Origin: Methanobacteriota archaeon
Lineage (GTDB): Archaea > Thermoplasmatota > Thermoplasmata > SG8-5 > JAGLSY01
DNA: 64,000 nucleotides
Direction of reading: 5' to 3'
NCBI GenBank assembly: GCA_020696385.1
Contig: JAEHCQ010000007.1
Location: 32,001-96,000, forward strand
Positions 18,679 to 29,001 of this stretch are shown one piece after another (position 1 is the first letter of the stretch; each line of letters starts with the position of its first letter). The notes below the pieces were generated by a model. It made no database searches. It had not been told where the DNA came from and was given only the letters and a program-made list of their open reading frames with translations. The translations under genes and the position numbers were made by a program.

Positions 18679-18981
18679 TCATCCTCCTTTGAATAGATCA
18701 ATTCCAATGACTCTCTTTACTTTCTCTCTAAGGTCGCTCTCTTCTTCTCTGCCAACGGCAACAACGACCGGGCTGACGGATGCCAGGAATTTCCTTCTGG
18801 ACTCTTCCGACAGCGATTGAAGGGACGAGTTGTGGATCACCACGATGCCAACATCCTCGTCCTGCATTATCTCATTAAGCTTATTTTCGATCTCATCATC
18901 CTTCGAGACGTGGATCTTCCTTATCCCGACGAGCTGATAGCCCAGCACGAAATCATCTGTACCCAATACAGCCAATTCCAT
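18679..18981 (-). CDS. atpF: A1Ao ATP synthase subunit F
   Basis: Motifs [16 protein letters not shown] and [13 protein letters not shown], plus operon position. Confidence 0.93.
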   Translation of the reverse strand: MELAVLGTDDFVLGYQLVGIRKIHVSKDDEIENKLNEIMQDEDVGIVVIHNSSLQSLSEESRRKFLASVSPVVVAVGREEESDLREKVKRVIGIDLFKGG

Positions 18982-19040
18982 TCAGACCATCTCCTGTAAA
19001 GATGATGAAGTTACATTGTAAAGGAAAATTATCAATATCA

Positions 19041-20138
19041 TCATACCACCAATAATCCTCTAATTGTGTCGATGTCCAGACCACTTTCCTTGCCCCTTGC
19101 GATTATCCGTAAGTTATCAACCTCTATCTTCTTCAAGATCAGATAGTTGAGAATGGGAAGCACGGATAATGGATACACCTTGGCGAATTTGTCCGCCTGC
19201 TTGAGCAAGTGTTTTTCCGCCTGCCTGGTCATCTCGTTCAATGTCATTTTCTCCTCTACGTGTTCAGAGGCTTCAGCGATGTCTTCATAGAAGGAGAACC
19301 TTTGAAGTTCTCCTATGAACTGGGAATAAGAAGTGGAAGCCAGCAATGCCTTCAAGCCAACATCCTTCAGCTCCCCACCGCCCGGGATCATATACTGCTC
19401 GGGATCATTGATACCTTTATCGTGCAATATCAGATCGAACTTTATCTTCATAAGGGTCGTCAGGTTCTCGATGTCGATCTCTTTCTTTATGAAGTTCAGG
19501 AAAAGGGCCGTGGAACGTGATTTGACCTCGGATGCCGATGCGATGAGCGTGGCATAATAGGCCTTGTCGATCTCGTTCTCAAAGGTTATCAGAGTGGTTA
19601 TGGTCGCTGATTCCCCAATATTCCGCAGGGCCTTCTCAAGCGAATGGTGATACGGCGTGCCTTTCAGACCGCCTATGACCTCGGGGATCGAGCTCATTCT
19701 TGCCAGTTCCTCCAGTTTCGCCACTTTCATGATACCACTGGGGGTCAGCTCCTTAATGATCTCTTCAGCATCCGCCTTGTGGAATTTGCCTCTGATGATC
19801 GTCTTGATATTCCATACATCCACCTTTCCAAGATAATGAGAGACCAGTGCCTTCAATTGTCCTTCACAGAAGGTCATGATCTGATTGTATGTCTTGGCCA
19901 GGTTGGCATTGGTCGCCCTCTCGACAAGATCAGCTCCCGAGAAATCAGATGATAGTTCCTCGATCTCTGTCTTGTACTGGCTCTCACCAATATACCTGGA
20001 TATCCCTGGATTGTCCATGACCGATAGCCTGAGGTATTCATCCTTGTGAATAAGGAAACGCCTCTTGGCTCTCACCCTTGTACAGGCATAGGGATAGTTA
20101 CTGGATGCACGACTGAACTTCAAACTTTTCACCCTCAC
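19041..20138 (-). CDS. atpC: A1Ao ATP synthase subunit C
   Basis: Motifs YPYACTRVRA, EIDIENL and EVDNLRIIARGK. Confidence 0.93.
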   Translation of the reverse strand: MRVKSLKFSRASSNYPYACTRVRAKRRFLIHKDEYLRLSVMDNPGISRYIGESQYKTEIEELSSDFSGADLVERATNANLAKTYNQIMTFCEGQLKALVSHYLGKVDVWNIKTIIRGKFHKADAEEIIKELTPSGIMKVAKLEELARMSSIPEVIGGLKGTPYHHSLEKALRNIGESATITTLITFENEIDKAYYATLIASASEVKSRSTALFLNFIKKEIDIENLTTLMKIKFDLILHDKGINDPEQYMIPGGGELKDVGLKALLASTSYSQFIGELQRFSFYEDIAEASEHVEEKMTLNEMTRQAEKHLLKQADKFAKVYPLSVLPILNYLILKKIEVDNLRIIARGKESGLDIDTIRGLLVV

Positions 20139-20695
20139 TTGAATAGAATGTCAGCGACCTGGCCGATATTCTCCGTCCATAGTTCCTCAAGAAGCATCTC
20201 GTAAGTCAGGTTCAGCCTTTGAGTTCTGTCTGAACTCTCGATGATAATTCCGCCGGAGCATTTTATGGTTCCAGCAAATTTATACTGGGATGCCATTTTC
20301 TTCACGGCAGCGGAATCCTCATCATTGGAATACACGGAACCACTTGGAATTATCTGGGCAGCCTGCTTTATCAGGCCATTCAGGATCTGCTCCTTCTTTG
20401 GTGTCGAAGCTGCTATCAGATCCTGGAAGGTCTTTTCTTTGACCTCATCCAGTATCTGCTTTTCAGCCGTGAGCCGATTTCTTCGACCCTCGACCTCTGC
20501 GGATGACATCTCCTGCTCCTTGTTCAGTTTGATCTGCTTCTCAGCCCTTTCACGAGCCTGGCTTACCAGTACTTTAGCATCGTTCTCAGCCTTCTTGATT
20601 ATCTGAAGTGTCTCCTGTCCGCCCTGTTTCACGATCATGTTGGACTCGCGTTGACCCTTCTCGATCACCTTTTTTGCGACTTCGTCTAAGCTCAT
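20135..20695 (-). CDS. atpE: A1Ao ATP synthase subunit E
   Basis: N-terminal coiled coil and GGIIIES.D...LNLT, plus operon position. Confidence 0.9.
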   Translation of the reverse strand: MSLDEVAKKVIEKGQRESNMIVKQGGQETLQIIKKAENDAKVLVSQARERAEKQIKLNKEQEMSSAEVEGRRNRLTAEKQILDEVKEKTFQDLIAASTPKKEQILNGLIKQAAQIIPSGSVYSNDEDSAAVKKMASQYKFAGTIKCSGGIIIESSDRTQRLNLTYEMLLEELWTENIGQVADILFK

Positions 20696-20719
20696 CTGCT
20701 AACCTCTTTCAATCTTCAT

Positions 20720-21049
20720 TCAACTGCCGATGATCATAAAGGCGATAAGCAGACCGAAGATAACTATCGTCTCTGGAATAACTGTCATAAGCAATCCCTT
20801 ACCGAACATCTTTGGGTCCTCTGCCATGGCTCCCACGGCTGCGGCTCCAATAGATGCCTCTCCAATTCCTGCTCCTACACCGGACAATCCTACGGCCAGG
20901 CCTGCTCCTATGAGCTTGAGGCCCACACCAGCGGGATTCGCTTCTTCTGTGGTCTCTACATGATCCTGAGCTGCTACCAGTCCCACGATCACAGACATGG
21001 CGACAAATAAGACGCCAAATACCATCATTATGTTCACAATCTTTCCCAT
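20720..21049 (-). CDS. atpK: A1Ao ATP synthase subunit K (c proteolipid) with a leader peptide
   Basis: Hairpin GAGLAVGLSGVGAGIGE...IPETIVIFGL. Confidence 0.95.
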   Translation of the reverse strand: MGKIVNIMMVFGVLFVAMSVIVGLVAAQDHVETTEEANPAGVGLKLIGAGLAVGLSGVGAGIGEASIGAAAVGAMAEDPKMFGKGLLMTVIPETIVIFGLLIAFMIIGS

Positions 21050-21062
21050 TCTTAATTCCTCC

Positions 21063-23054
21063 TTAATGCTCTATAGTATATTTTCTCCTTTTACCAAAGG
21101 GTGTGTATCTGTGTCCATCACCCTCATAAAATTTAGTAAAGAACTCGACATAATGCAACCTTAAAGAATGCAGTGTCGGTCCTATCAGTCCCAATATGAC
21201 ATTTATGAAATGCCCCATGAAGAATATCGCGGCAGCCATCACTATCCCAAATCCACCAGCATCCCACTGCTCTATTGCCATATTATTGAAAGCAATGGCA
21301 ATTCCTGCAGATGAAGCACCGATGGCAAATAGCCTGGTGTATGACAGGGTGTTACTCAGCCACATGGTTGGCAATTCGATAAGCCCAGTCATTCCCTCGC
21401 CCTTGATGACCATTATCATGCCTATGACTATCATGGCTATGGATATGTAGATCATGGTATCGCTGTTCGGTAATGCCCATCCTCTCATCATGATCGGTAC
21501 GACATAAATTGAAAGCATCCAAGCGCCCGTTAAAGCAATGACCCATCCACCTTTCTCCATGATGGCTTCTTTAATTCCATGTGCGACAGTCACATTCCTG
21601 AATCCCAGGAACCATGCTATGTACAGATGGAACATACCGATCATACTAGTCAGAACGAGCATGAGTTCGATCTCATGCACCCTATGAAGTGGGAATGTGA
21701 CTTCGATACCATACAGGATCTTGAAGAGAGCATACTGGCCATATTCAATATCTGGTAATCCCCATTGCATCAGTAATCCTTGAGCACCATGATAATTATA
21801 AAGCTCGAAGCCAAAGAACTCTCCGTAATAGAATCCAAATATAACAGATGATATGGAAGACCATATCAATATTCGATTGAGCTGTGGGCCTACCGTATCC
21901 ATGGCGAACATATTGAATATCTTGTCAGTTGTCTTGCTAAGCACAAGTGCTAGAACAATAATTCCATAGGCCACATCACCAAGCATGAACCCGAAGAATA
22001 TCGGGAAGAAGATGGCGACCAGCAATGTCGGGTCGATCTCCTTGGCCTGTGGATTTGAATAAGCATCTATCATTGGCTGGAACTGTCTTGGAGGATCGCG
22101 GTTCTTCATAAGGACCGGAGCCTCATCACCAGTGGATTCAACTTCCTCCACCACGACATGTCCAGATGTCACCTTGTCGATGGATACCTTAACCTCATGC
22201 ACCCTCGTGGTAGGTACCCAGCCTTCCAGTATGAAGAATTCACTGGTCGTCGCACAGTGCAATGGCATCTCCGCGATGTCCAGTTTATTTGATAAGAATT
22301 CCTCTGCAGCCAAGAGAGAGTTACCATGCTTCATCTTGTGATCCTCCACCTTTGCAGATATCTCCAAGGCTCTTTTCTCAAGCTTGGAGCTTTCTTCTGA
22401 ATTGGATTTCTTCACCTGTGCCAATGTGCCCTTGAAACTTGGAAGATCCATATGCTCGAAATTGGCTATCTCCAGGAGCTCCTTGACACGTTCTTCATTT
22501 GCCAGAGGGCAGTGTATGACGGATGTCCACAATTTGTGCTTCTTGTTCGTGGCTATCTTGCATTCGCCAGCCATCTTGCCCAAAGCTTCTGATGGCGACA
22601 TCTTCAGCTTACCGCTGAACACAACGACGCTGGAAACATCCAGTCTGATATCCTGTGGAAGCTCATCGAGCTGTGATAATAATTCAGTATCCCTTCTGAT
22701 CTCCTCGATCCTTGAATCGACCGAGGTCTTCTCCTTGACCAGGGTAGTTACTTCTTTATCCACCTTTTCGAGGGAGGTGTTGACCCAATTTTCGACATTG
22801 GACACATCTTCCTTCTTGCTGGAAGTGTAATTATCGATATCCAGAGCGCCTATCAGACTTTTTGTCCTGACGATCTTCCTTGAGACATCAGATGCCTCGG
22901 GAAGTGCCTCACCGATCCTCAATCCGCCCTTCTCCTCTGTGAAATCCTTGATATGAATGACATTCTTTTCATGAAGAGTGGTAATGGCAGAACGCATATG
23001 CTCCTTAGAGCCAGTGATCACGACCTTCGCCATGTTTGCTGTTTTAAGCCCCAT
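21063..23054 (-). CDS. atpI: A1Ao ATP synthase subunit I (a)
   Basis: Motifs EIDPT, FFGFMLGD, LSYTRLFA and HSLRLHYVEFF. Confidence 0.95.
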   Translation of the reverse strand: MGLKTANMAKVVITGSKEHMRSAITTLHEKNVIHIKDFTEEKGGLRIGEALPEASDVSRKIVRTKSLIGALDIDNYTSSKKEDVSNVENWVNTSLEKVDKEVTTLVKEKTSVDSRIEEIRRDTELLSQLDELPQDIRLDVSSVVVFSGKLKMSPSEALGKMAGECKIATNKKHKLWTSVIHCPLANEERVKELLEIANFEHMDLPSFKGTLAQVKKSNSEESSKLEKRALEISAKVEDHKMKHGNSLLAAEEFLSNKLDIAEMPLHCATTSEFFILEGWVPTTRVHEVKVSIDKVTSGHVVVEEVESTGDEAPVLMKNRDPPRQFQPMIDAYSNPQAKEIDPTLLVAIFFPIFFGFMLGDVAYGIIVLALVLSKTTDKIFNMFAMDTVGPQLNRILIWSSISSVIFGFYYGEFFGFELYNYHGAQGLLMQWGLPDIEYGQYALFKILYGIEVTFPLHRVHEIELMLVLTSMIGMFHLYIAWFLGFRNVTVAHGIKEAIMEKGGWVIALTGAWMLSIYVVPIMMRGWALPNSDTMIYISIAMIVIGMIMVIKGEGMTGLIELPTMWLSNTLSYTRLFAIGASSAGIAIAFNNMAIEQWDAGGFGIVMAAAIFFMGHFINVILGLIGPTLHSLRLHYVEFFTKFYEGDGHRYTPFGKRRKYTIEH

Positions 23055-23373
23055 TTGCCTTCCTCTCAAATTCTTGGATCAAAAAGATCTTCGCCTGCTC
23101 GATATTGGTATCGGCCTGCTCCCTCATTGCCTCGATCTGGTTATTGGATCGTGCCTGCAGTATCTCTTTTTCCTGTGAGATCTCTGCAATTGACTTGTTA
23201 AGCATATTGTCATAGAGCACTTTTGATCTGGTCTGTCCTTCATTTATCTTGGCCAGGGCATCATTCCTTGCTTTTGCAAGGTTATTCTCTTTCCGCTGGA
23301 GGGCTGAGCTCTTTAGCTTTTCAGCTTTCTCCTCTGCGTCCTTTATCACATTCAAAATATCTGCTTTTTTCAT
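23044..23373 (-). CDS. atpH: A1Ao ATP synthase subunit H
   Basis: Short charged coiled-coil ORF (IKDAEEKAE) at the head of the operon. Confidence 0.8.
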   Translation of the reverse strand: MKKADILNVIKDAEEKAEKLKSSALQRKENNLAKARNDALAKINEGQTRSKVLYDNMLNKSIAEISQEKEILQARSNNQIEAMREQADTNIEQAKIFLIQEFERKANGA

Positions 23374-23728
23374 GGCAGTCACCGCTGTCAATGATGGTAG
23401 ATTTGGAGAGGATAAAACACTCATTTATATTAACCCTTATGGCTGAAATGTTAATAATTGTACACAATATTACACTAATATTAACTTAGTTAATACACTG
23501 CGATAACAACAATGTTCAAAATATGCCAGTAATCACCAACCATAATGGCATAACAACATGACATCGCGAACATACCTGACACTATCCTCGGCTATGGTTG
23601 TTAGGTTTTATATATTACATAAAAAAGTCGCGAGGGCTCATGGACATGAATTTGAGATGCATCTTCAGACTTCCGTCCTTATATCTCAAAGGAGAAGTAT
23701 TTTATAATCAATAATAGATGAGAAATTG

Positions 23729-24541
23729 ATGGAGATCAATGAGATCAAGAGTAAACTTGGAAGATTGGGCATCAAGCCTTCCAAGAGATTCAGCCAGAAC
23801 TTTCTGATAAGCGAGGATATCGCTCGAAGGCAAGTGGAAGCTGCTGGCATTGAGGATGGCGATAGGGTTCTGGAGATCGGACCTGGACTTGGCATCCTTT
23901 CAAGGCACATACTGGATAAGACAAAAAATGTCCAGTTCATTGAAAAGGATCCTCATCTGGCAGGTTTTATCAAAGAAGAATATTCAGCGGATGTGATAAG
24001 CGGAGATGCACTGGAAGCTGATCTTTCCGGGTTCGATGTGGTAATAGCCAATCTGCCCTATCATATATCATCGGAGATCACCGTGAAATTGCTTGAGGCG
24101 GGCTTCAGAACTGCCATCCTGATGTTCCAGAAAGAGTTCGCAGTACATCTCACAGCCAACTCCGGAAGTCGAGATTATTCCCGCATCACGGTATTCAGAG
24201 AATTCTACTCGGATGCCGAGATCATCATGGATGTTCCGAAGACCTATTATTACCCGGTGCCAAAGGTTGATTCTTGCATCGTGAAACTGGAAGGCCATGA
24301 GCCACCCTTCCAGCCCAGGGACATCGATCATTTCTTCAAGATCGTGAGGATAATATTCTCTCACAAGAAGCGCACTGTCAGGAATGCATTGCTTTCAGAA
24401 ACAGGTGTTCTGGGCACTACCAAGCAAGATATCAAACCCCATCTCATGGATCTTCCATTCGCAGATGAGAGGGCATTCAACCTGTCTCCTGATAAGATAT
24501 ACGATATCTCCGAATATGTATATGGAATATTGAAAGAATAG
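23729..24541 (+). CDS. rsmA: 16S rRNA dimethyladenosine transferase
   Basis: Motifs SQNFL, VLEIGPGLG, ANLPYHISS, MFQKE and PVPKVDS. Confidence 0.95.
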   Translation: MEINEIKSKLGRLGIKPSKRFSQNFLISEDIARRQVEAAGIEDGDRVLEIGPGLGILSRHILDKTKNVQFIEKDPHLAGFIKEEYSADVISGDALEADLSGFDVVIANLPYHISSEITVKLLEAGFRTAILMFQKEFAVHLTANSGSRDYSRITVFREFYSDAEIIMDVPKTYYYPVPKVDSCIVKLEGHEPPFQPRDIDHFFKIVRIIFSHKKRTVRNALLSETGVLGTTKQDIKPHLMDLPFADERAFNLSPDKIYDISEYVYGILKE

Positions 24542-24559
24542 ATCGATCATCGGATGTAT

Positions 24560-24630
24560 CATATCAATAGTTCATATCAATAGTTCATATCAATAGTTCA
24601 TATCAATAGTTCATATCAATAGTTCATATC
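24560..24630. repeat. 13-bp tandem repeat (CATATCAATAGTT) x5.5
   Basis: Five perfect copies span 24560-24624, followed by CATATC and degenerate copies up to about 24666. Confidence 0.95.
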
Positions 24631-24673
24631 TTGATTGGCATATCAAGATCGACATATTGATAATTCGGAAATA

Positions 24674-25303
24674 TCAGCGTTTCTCAAAATAGGTCTCGAT
24701 TATCTTCTTCTGACCCCGCCTCAATATCTCCGAAAGGGTGGCAGTCGATACTTCAAACATATCAGCCAGCTCTTTCACACCAATGCGCTTTGGAAAGTCA
24801 TAATATCCGCGATCATAAGCGGTCTTGACTATCTTCTCCTGGCGATCTGTGAGCAAATCATCATCCTTGATGCTTGTCAATTTGATCAGCTTTGGCTGGG
24901 CATCGTGTTTGTCCAGCTCGGCAACAAGATTCTTCAGTTTTTCCCTGTCACCAGCCAACATGGTCCATTCGACCCGATCATCCTGGGTTGTGACCGAAGA
25001 TATGAGGAAACAATCACATTGTAAAAGAGCCTTGCAGCCATAGCACATCTTTGTCTTGACAATGCCCAGTGCCTTGCTGGAGTCCACATGGTCGATGTTC
25101 ACTTCTCCCACTTCATCTATACCCTCAATGAATTTCTTTACCTCTTCTATATCCGCACCATTGAGCTTGATCTCCACCAGATCTTGAACACCGTCTTTTC
25201 CAAATGGAATTATATCCAATATCCTGACCTCGATGGGAAATCTCTTGACAACCTCGGTGTGCCAGATACCATATAGCTTAATTGAAAGAACTGCTTCGAT
25301 CAT
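24674..25303 (-). CDS. Bat-type HTH (HTH_10) transcriptional regulator
   Basis: Motif LTDRQE....AYDRGYYDFPKRI..KELA..F.VS.AT.SE.LRR. Confidence 0.9.
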   Translation of the reverse strand: MIEAVLSIKLYGIWHTEVVKRFPIEVRILDIIPFGKDGVQDLVEIKLNGADIEEVKKFIEGIDEVGEVNIDHVDSSKALGIVKTKMCYGCKALLQCDCFLISSVTTQDDRVEWTMLAGDREKLKNLVAELDKHDAQPKLIKLTSIKDDDLLTDRQEKIVKTAYDRGYYDFPKRIGVKELADMFEVSTATLSEILRRGQKKIIETYFEKR

Positions 25304-25457
25304 GTTTCTCACTTACTCCCGCGGCTCAAAAGGTAATCATTATATATAATCCTTAACTATAGCATTTATTAGAGATTGTCACATCTCATGCAATCGAAAG
25401 GGTTAATAACAAAATGCAATTATACCCGGAGATATCCTTCATTGGTGGGACTCATAC

Positions 25458-26321
25458 ATGCAGAAGAAAAATCGTTCTGAACAAGACAGTGCAGAAGAAA
25501 AATACAGCGCCCTAGTGGAAAAAAGGAATGAACTCAATACACAGGCTAGAGAATTTGCTGAAGCAAGGAATACTTTGAACGCAGAGCGAAGGCGCATTTT
25601 GGACGAGTCCAAGGAACTGAGAGATGAGCGCAAAAAAGCTGTAGACAAGATGCGCGAGCACAAAAAGAGAAGAAATCATTTCCAGGAGAAGGGAAAGGCT
25701 CTCATTGAAAAGAAGAAGAAAAGCAAAGGGAAGATCCCAGAAGGCTTAAACAAGGAGATCGCAACAACCAGGGCCGATGTCAGGAGTCTGGATCACAAAC
25801 AACAAACAGTACCCATGACTGTCCAGGAAGAGAATGTTCTTCTTGACGAAATGAAGATCAAGATGAAGAACCTCAAAGACCTGGAGGTCGTTAAAGAGGA
25901 AGAAGACTCGATCATGGATGATGTCAAAAAGACCGACCTTTCGATCAATGAACTTTTTGAACTGGCTGATGAGGAGCACAAGAAAGTTGTCGAATACTCC
26001 AATATAGCCAATGAGGCTCATGAGAAGATCAGTAACACGATGAAATCAATTTCTCATCTGATTTCTGAAGCGAACAAGAATCACGAAGCATATGTGGTCA
26101 TGAAGGAAAAAGCAGATGGCTTCCATCAGAAGGCCATGGAAATGCGCAAGAAGCTCATGGCCCTTAAAAACGAGAAGAGAGAGGAAGTCAGAGCTGGAAG
26201 GAAACAGGTAACAGACCACAATAAAGATGTCAAGAAATACCTTGGCGATGAAAAAGACCTGGATAAAGCAGCGGATGATGCCCTACAACAGCTTCTTAAG
26301 AAAGGCAAGGTAGAGATTTAA
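25458..26321 (+). CDS. Conserved archaeal coiled-coil protein (COG1340-like)
   Basis: Long E/K-rich heptads (KRNELN...A..H) ending in KKGKV. Confidence 0.75.
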   Translation: MQKKNRSEQDSAEEKYSALVEKRNELNTQAREFAEARNTLNAERRRILDESKELRDERKKAVDKMREHKKRRNHFQEKGKALIEKKKKSKGKIPEGLNKEIATTRADVRSLDHKQQTVPMTVQEENVLLDEMKIKMKNLKDLEVVKEEEDSIMDDVKKTDLSINELFELADEEHKKVVEYSNIANEAHEKISNTMKSISHLISEANKNHEAYVVMKEKADGFHQKAMEMRKKLMALKNEKREEVRAGRKQVTDHNKDVKKYLGDEKDLDKAADDALQQLLKKGKVEI

Positions 26322-27445
26322 TGTCAGAAAATCTCAAGGCCGTCATTCTAGCAGGCGGTATTGGAAAACGCCTGAGGCCATTGACCGAACACAGGCCAAA
26401 ACCATTGATACCCGTGGCAGGCAGACCATGTATTGATTTTGTTATCAGATCCTTAGTAAAAGGCGGCTTCACAGAGATCATTGTAACAACTGGCTATCTG
26501 TCAGATAGGCTAATAAAAAGTATCGGAGATGGCTCCAAGTACGGAGCGACCATTCTTTATTCCTTCGAGGAAGAGCCAGCTGGAACTGCGGGCGCAGTCA
26601 AGAAGGTGGCTGATTTTCTGGACGACACATTTGTTGTCGCCAGCGGCGATCTTTTGGCAGATATCGACATGGGCCAGCTTTTGAAATATCACAAGGACAA
26701 GGAAGCGATGGCCACCATGGCCCTGACAAAGGTCAGTGACCCCACGGACTTTGGTATCGTGGGTATGAACAAGGCCAATAAGATCACAAAATTCGCAGAG
26801 AAACCGAAGAAAAAGGATGTCTTCTCTAACCTTATCAATGCAGGTATCTACGTTCTTGAGCCAGAGGTCCTGGACATGATACCCGAGAATACGATGTACG
26901 ATTTCTCCAAGCAGGTCTTCCCCGAGCTTCTGGCAGCGGATAAAAAACTGTACGGAAAGATGATCAAGGGCATCTGGAGAGATATTGGAAAACCCATCGA
27001 CCTCCTTCAAGCCAGCCTGGATGTTGTTGAAAGGGAAGGCACGAAGATCAAGCTGGAGAAAGTGAAGACAAAGGGCAATATCATCATTGGAAAGAACACG
27101 GCCATCGAGAAGGGCGTGAAGATCATCGGGCCAGCATACATCGGTGATGATGTCTATGTTAGCTCTGGAACGGTCATAGACAAGTCATGTATCTATGATA
27201 GCGTTTTCATCGACCGGGACACGAACATAAAGAACAGTATAATCCTGGATGGCAGCAAGATAGGGTGGCAGAGCACCATTGTGGAAAGTGTGATCTCCAG
27301 GGATTGCCAGGTTGAAGAGGACGTGACAATCACCAAGAGCATAATCGGGGACAAGATGACGGTGAAGATCCACTCGAAATTGGAAGATGCGAACCTCACC
27401 CAGCCCCCAGAGAGCAATAATGGCAATAGTAATCGCAATTTATAG
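26321..27445 (+). CDS. NDP-sugar pyrophosphorylase (mannose-1-phosphate guanylyltransferase-like)
   Basis: Motifs ILAGG.GKRLRPLT..RPKPL, GTAGA, EKP and INAGIY, plus a left-handed beta-helix C-terminus. Confidence 0.9.
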   Translation: MSENLKAVILAGGIGKRLRPLTEHRPKPLIPVAGRPCIDFVIRSLVKGGFTEIIVTTGYLSDRLIKSIGDGSKYGATILYSFEEEPAGTAGAVKKVADFLDDTFVVASGDLLADIDMGQLLKYHKDKEAMATMALTKVSDPTDFGIVGMNKANKITKFAEKPKKKDVFSNLINAGIYVLEPEVLDMIPENTMYDFSKQVFPELLAADKKLYGKMIKGIWRDIGKPIDLLQASLDVVEREGTKIKLEKVKTKGNIIIGKNTAIEKGVKIIGPAYIGDDVYVSSGTVIDKSCIYDSVFIDRDTNIKNSIILDGSKIGWQSTIVESVISRDCQVEEDVTITKSIIGDKMTVKIHSKLEDANLTQPPESNNGNSNRNL

Positions 27446-27507
27446 GCCATGAACCTCCAGCTAGAGTTGGAAGCTGCAATTTGTAACTAATTTCCATCTA
27501 TTTTCAT

Positions 27508-28089
27508 TCAAGGATAAGAGATGATTACTTCAGTCCCGGCAGTGATATTATTTTCAGCAGCCAGCCCGTAGTTCATTTCGAGCACGTACAATGCAGGACC
27601 ATCACTGTGATATCTTATCAACTGTATATCTGGCGTGGCATTGTCCTCCACAATGGCCTCTTCCACATTGAGAACCTTAAGATCTTCACCTATGAACACG
27701 ATATCAAGGGGTATCTCCACATTATTCATCCAGAATGTCCTATCATCGGGCTCGTTGAAAATGAACAGCATGCCTCGATCCTGAGAAAGATTTGTCACAT
27801 ACATCAGACCCTGCTGCCTGTCTGCTGTTGTATTGGCGATATCGCAGAATATTGTGAGGTTGGCATTTGTACTTCCTGATGTGTCTGGCATAAGGGTGAC
27901 CGATGCCTCATAATCGATGGTATTGTTTACAAGATCATCGTCAGGTCCATTATCGTCGTCATCATCATCACCATCGTTTTCATCATCCTGATCAGGTTCC
28001 AGACCCACATAAAGCAAGGCTGAGACCACCAATATCGAGATGATGGCTATGGCCAATATGATAATGATCTTATCTTTGGGCAATCTCAC
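27508..28089 (-). CDS. DUF192 family membrane-anchored protein
   Basis: N-terminal TM helix and acidic linker, then R.QGLM, GMLFIF, FWM.N..IPLDIVFI and YVLEM..G. Confidence 0.9.
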   Translation of the reverse strand: MRLPKDKIIIILAIAIISILVVSALLYVGLEPDQDDENDGDDDDDDNGPDDDLVNNTIDYEASVTLMPDTSGSTNANLTIFCDIANTTADRQQGLMYVTNLSQDRGMLFIFNEPDDRTFWMNNVEIPLDIVFIGEDLKVLNVEEAIVEDNATPDIQLIRYHSDGPALYVLEMNYGLAAENNITAGTEVIISYP

Positions 28090-28227
28090 ACCAGATGATA
28101 CATGAAGTTCAGTCTATTTTAAACTTCATGTTTCAGAGAATTTTATCAGCCAGTTTGAAGTCAGGAGGTCCTTGACCAGGTCTGCTAACAACCATCAGTA
28201 AAACTTAGGGATGATTTAATATCCAAA

Positions 28228-29001
28228 GTGGCCAATCATGTCCTGATGACCGAATGGGATGCCGAGATTTTGATCATTATCATATGTTTCACATTATCAT
28301 TCTTAGCCCATAGAAAATCAATTCTGACAAAAAATGGTTCTATCGGAGCCTTTTTCGTCGGCATCATCATAGGCATAATGGGACATATCACCTGGGTCAT
28401 TCTATTATTGATATTCTTCCTGACCAGCTTCCTTGCCACCAAATATAAATTTGAATACAAGAAAACTAAGGGACTTCAGGAAGGGAAAGGCGGCGAGAGA
28501 GGGCTGAAGAACGTACTGGCAAATGGGGCTGTGCCAGTCCTTATCGCGATATTGAGCTTCGTATCCGAACACTATTCCTATCTTGACAAGGGGACATGGT
28601 CGATAATATTCATCTCATCGATCGCGGTCGCTGCTTCAGACACCCTGGCCAGTGAATTGGGAGTGATATCGGATAAAGTATATCTCATCACCAATGGAAA
28701 AAGGGTGAAAGCGGGCGTGGATGGTGGGATTTCCGCCCTCGGGCAAATGGCGGCCTTCATTGCCGCCGCCTATACCGCGGCACTTGGATTCCTGGCCTTT
28801 ACGTATTTCGATCTCATAGACCAGTGCTGGTGCTTCGTAATACCTCTCGTCACTTTCATCGGTTTCCTTGGATGTCAGGTCGACAGTGTCTTCGGGGCAA
28901 CCCTGGAAACAAAGGGAATACTTACAAAATTAACAAATAATCTGTCGTCAATAGCTATTGGCGCGATAATAGCATGGTGGATACTGACATGGCTCGTATG
29001 A
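28228..29001 (+). CDS. DUF92/TMEM19 membrane protein
   Basis: Motifs RG.KNVLANG, ASDTLASELG, G.DGGIS..G and DS.FGATLE. The start may be ATG 28246. Confidence 0.9.
   Translation: MANHVLMTEWDAEILIIIICFTLSFLAHRKSILTKNGSIGAFFVGIIIGIMGHITWVILLLIFFLTSFLATKYKFEYKKTKGLQEGKGGERGLKNVLANGAVPVLIAILSFVSEHYSYLDKGTWSIIFISSIAVAASDTLASELGVISDKVYLITNGKRVKAGVDGGISALGQMAAFIAAAYTAALGFLAFTYFDLIDQCWCFVIPLVTFIGFLGCQVDSVFGATLETKGILTKLTNNLSSIAIGAIIAWWILTWLV

Noticed and set aside
24560-24630. Possible CRISPR or iteron array
   Set aside because: The 13-bp units are head-to-tail without spacers, and no replication initiator is nearby.
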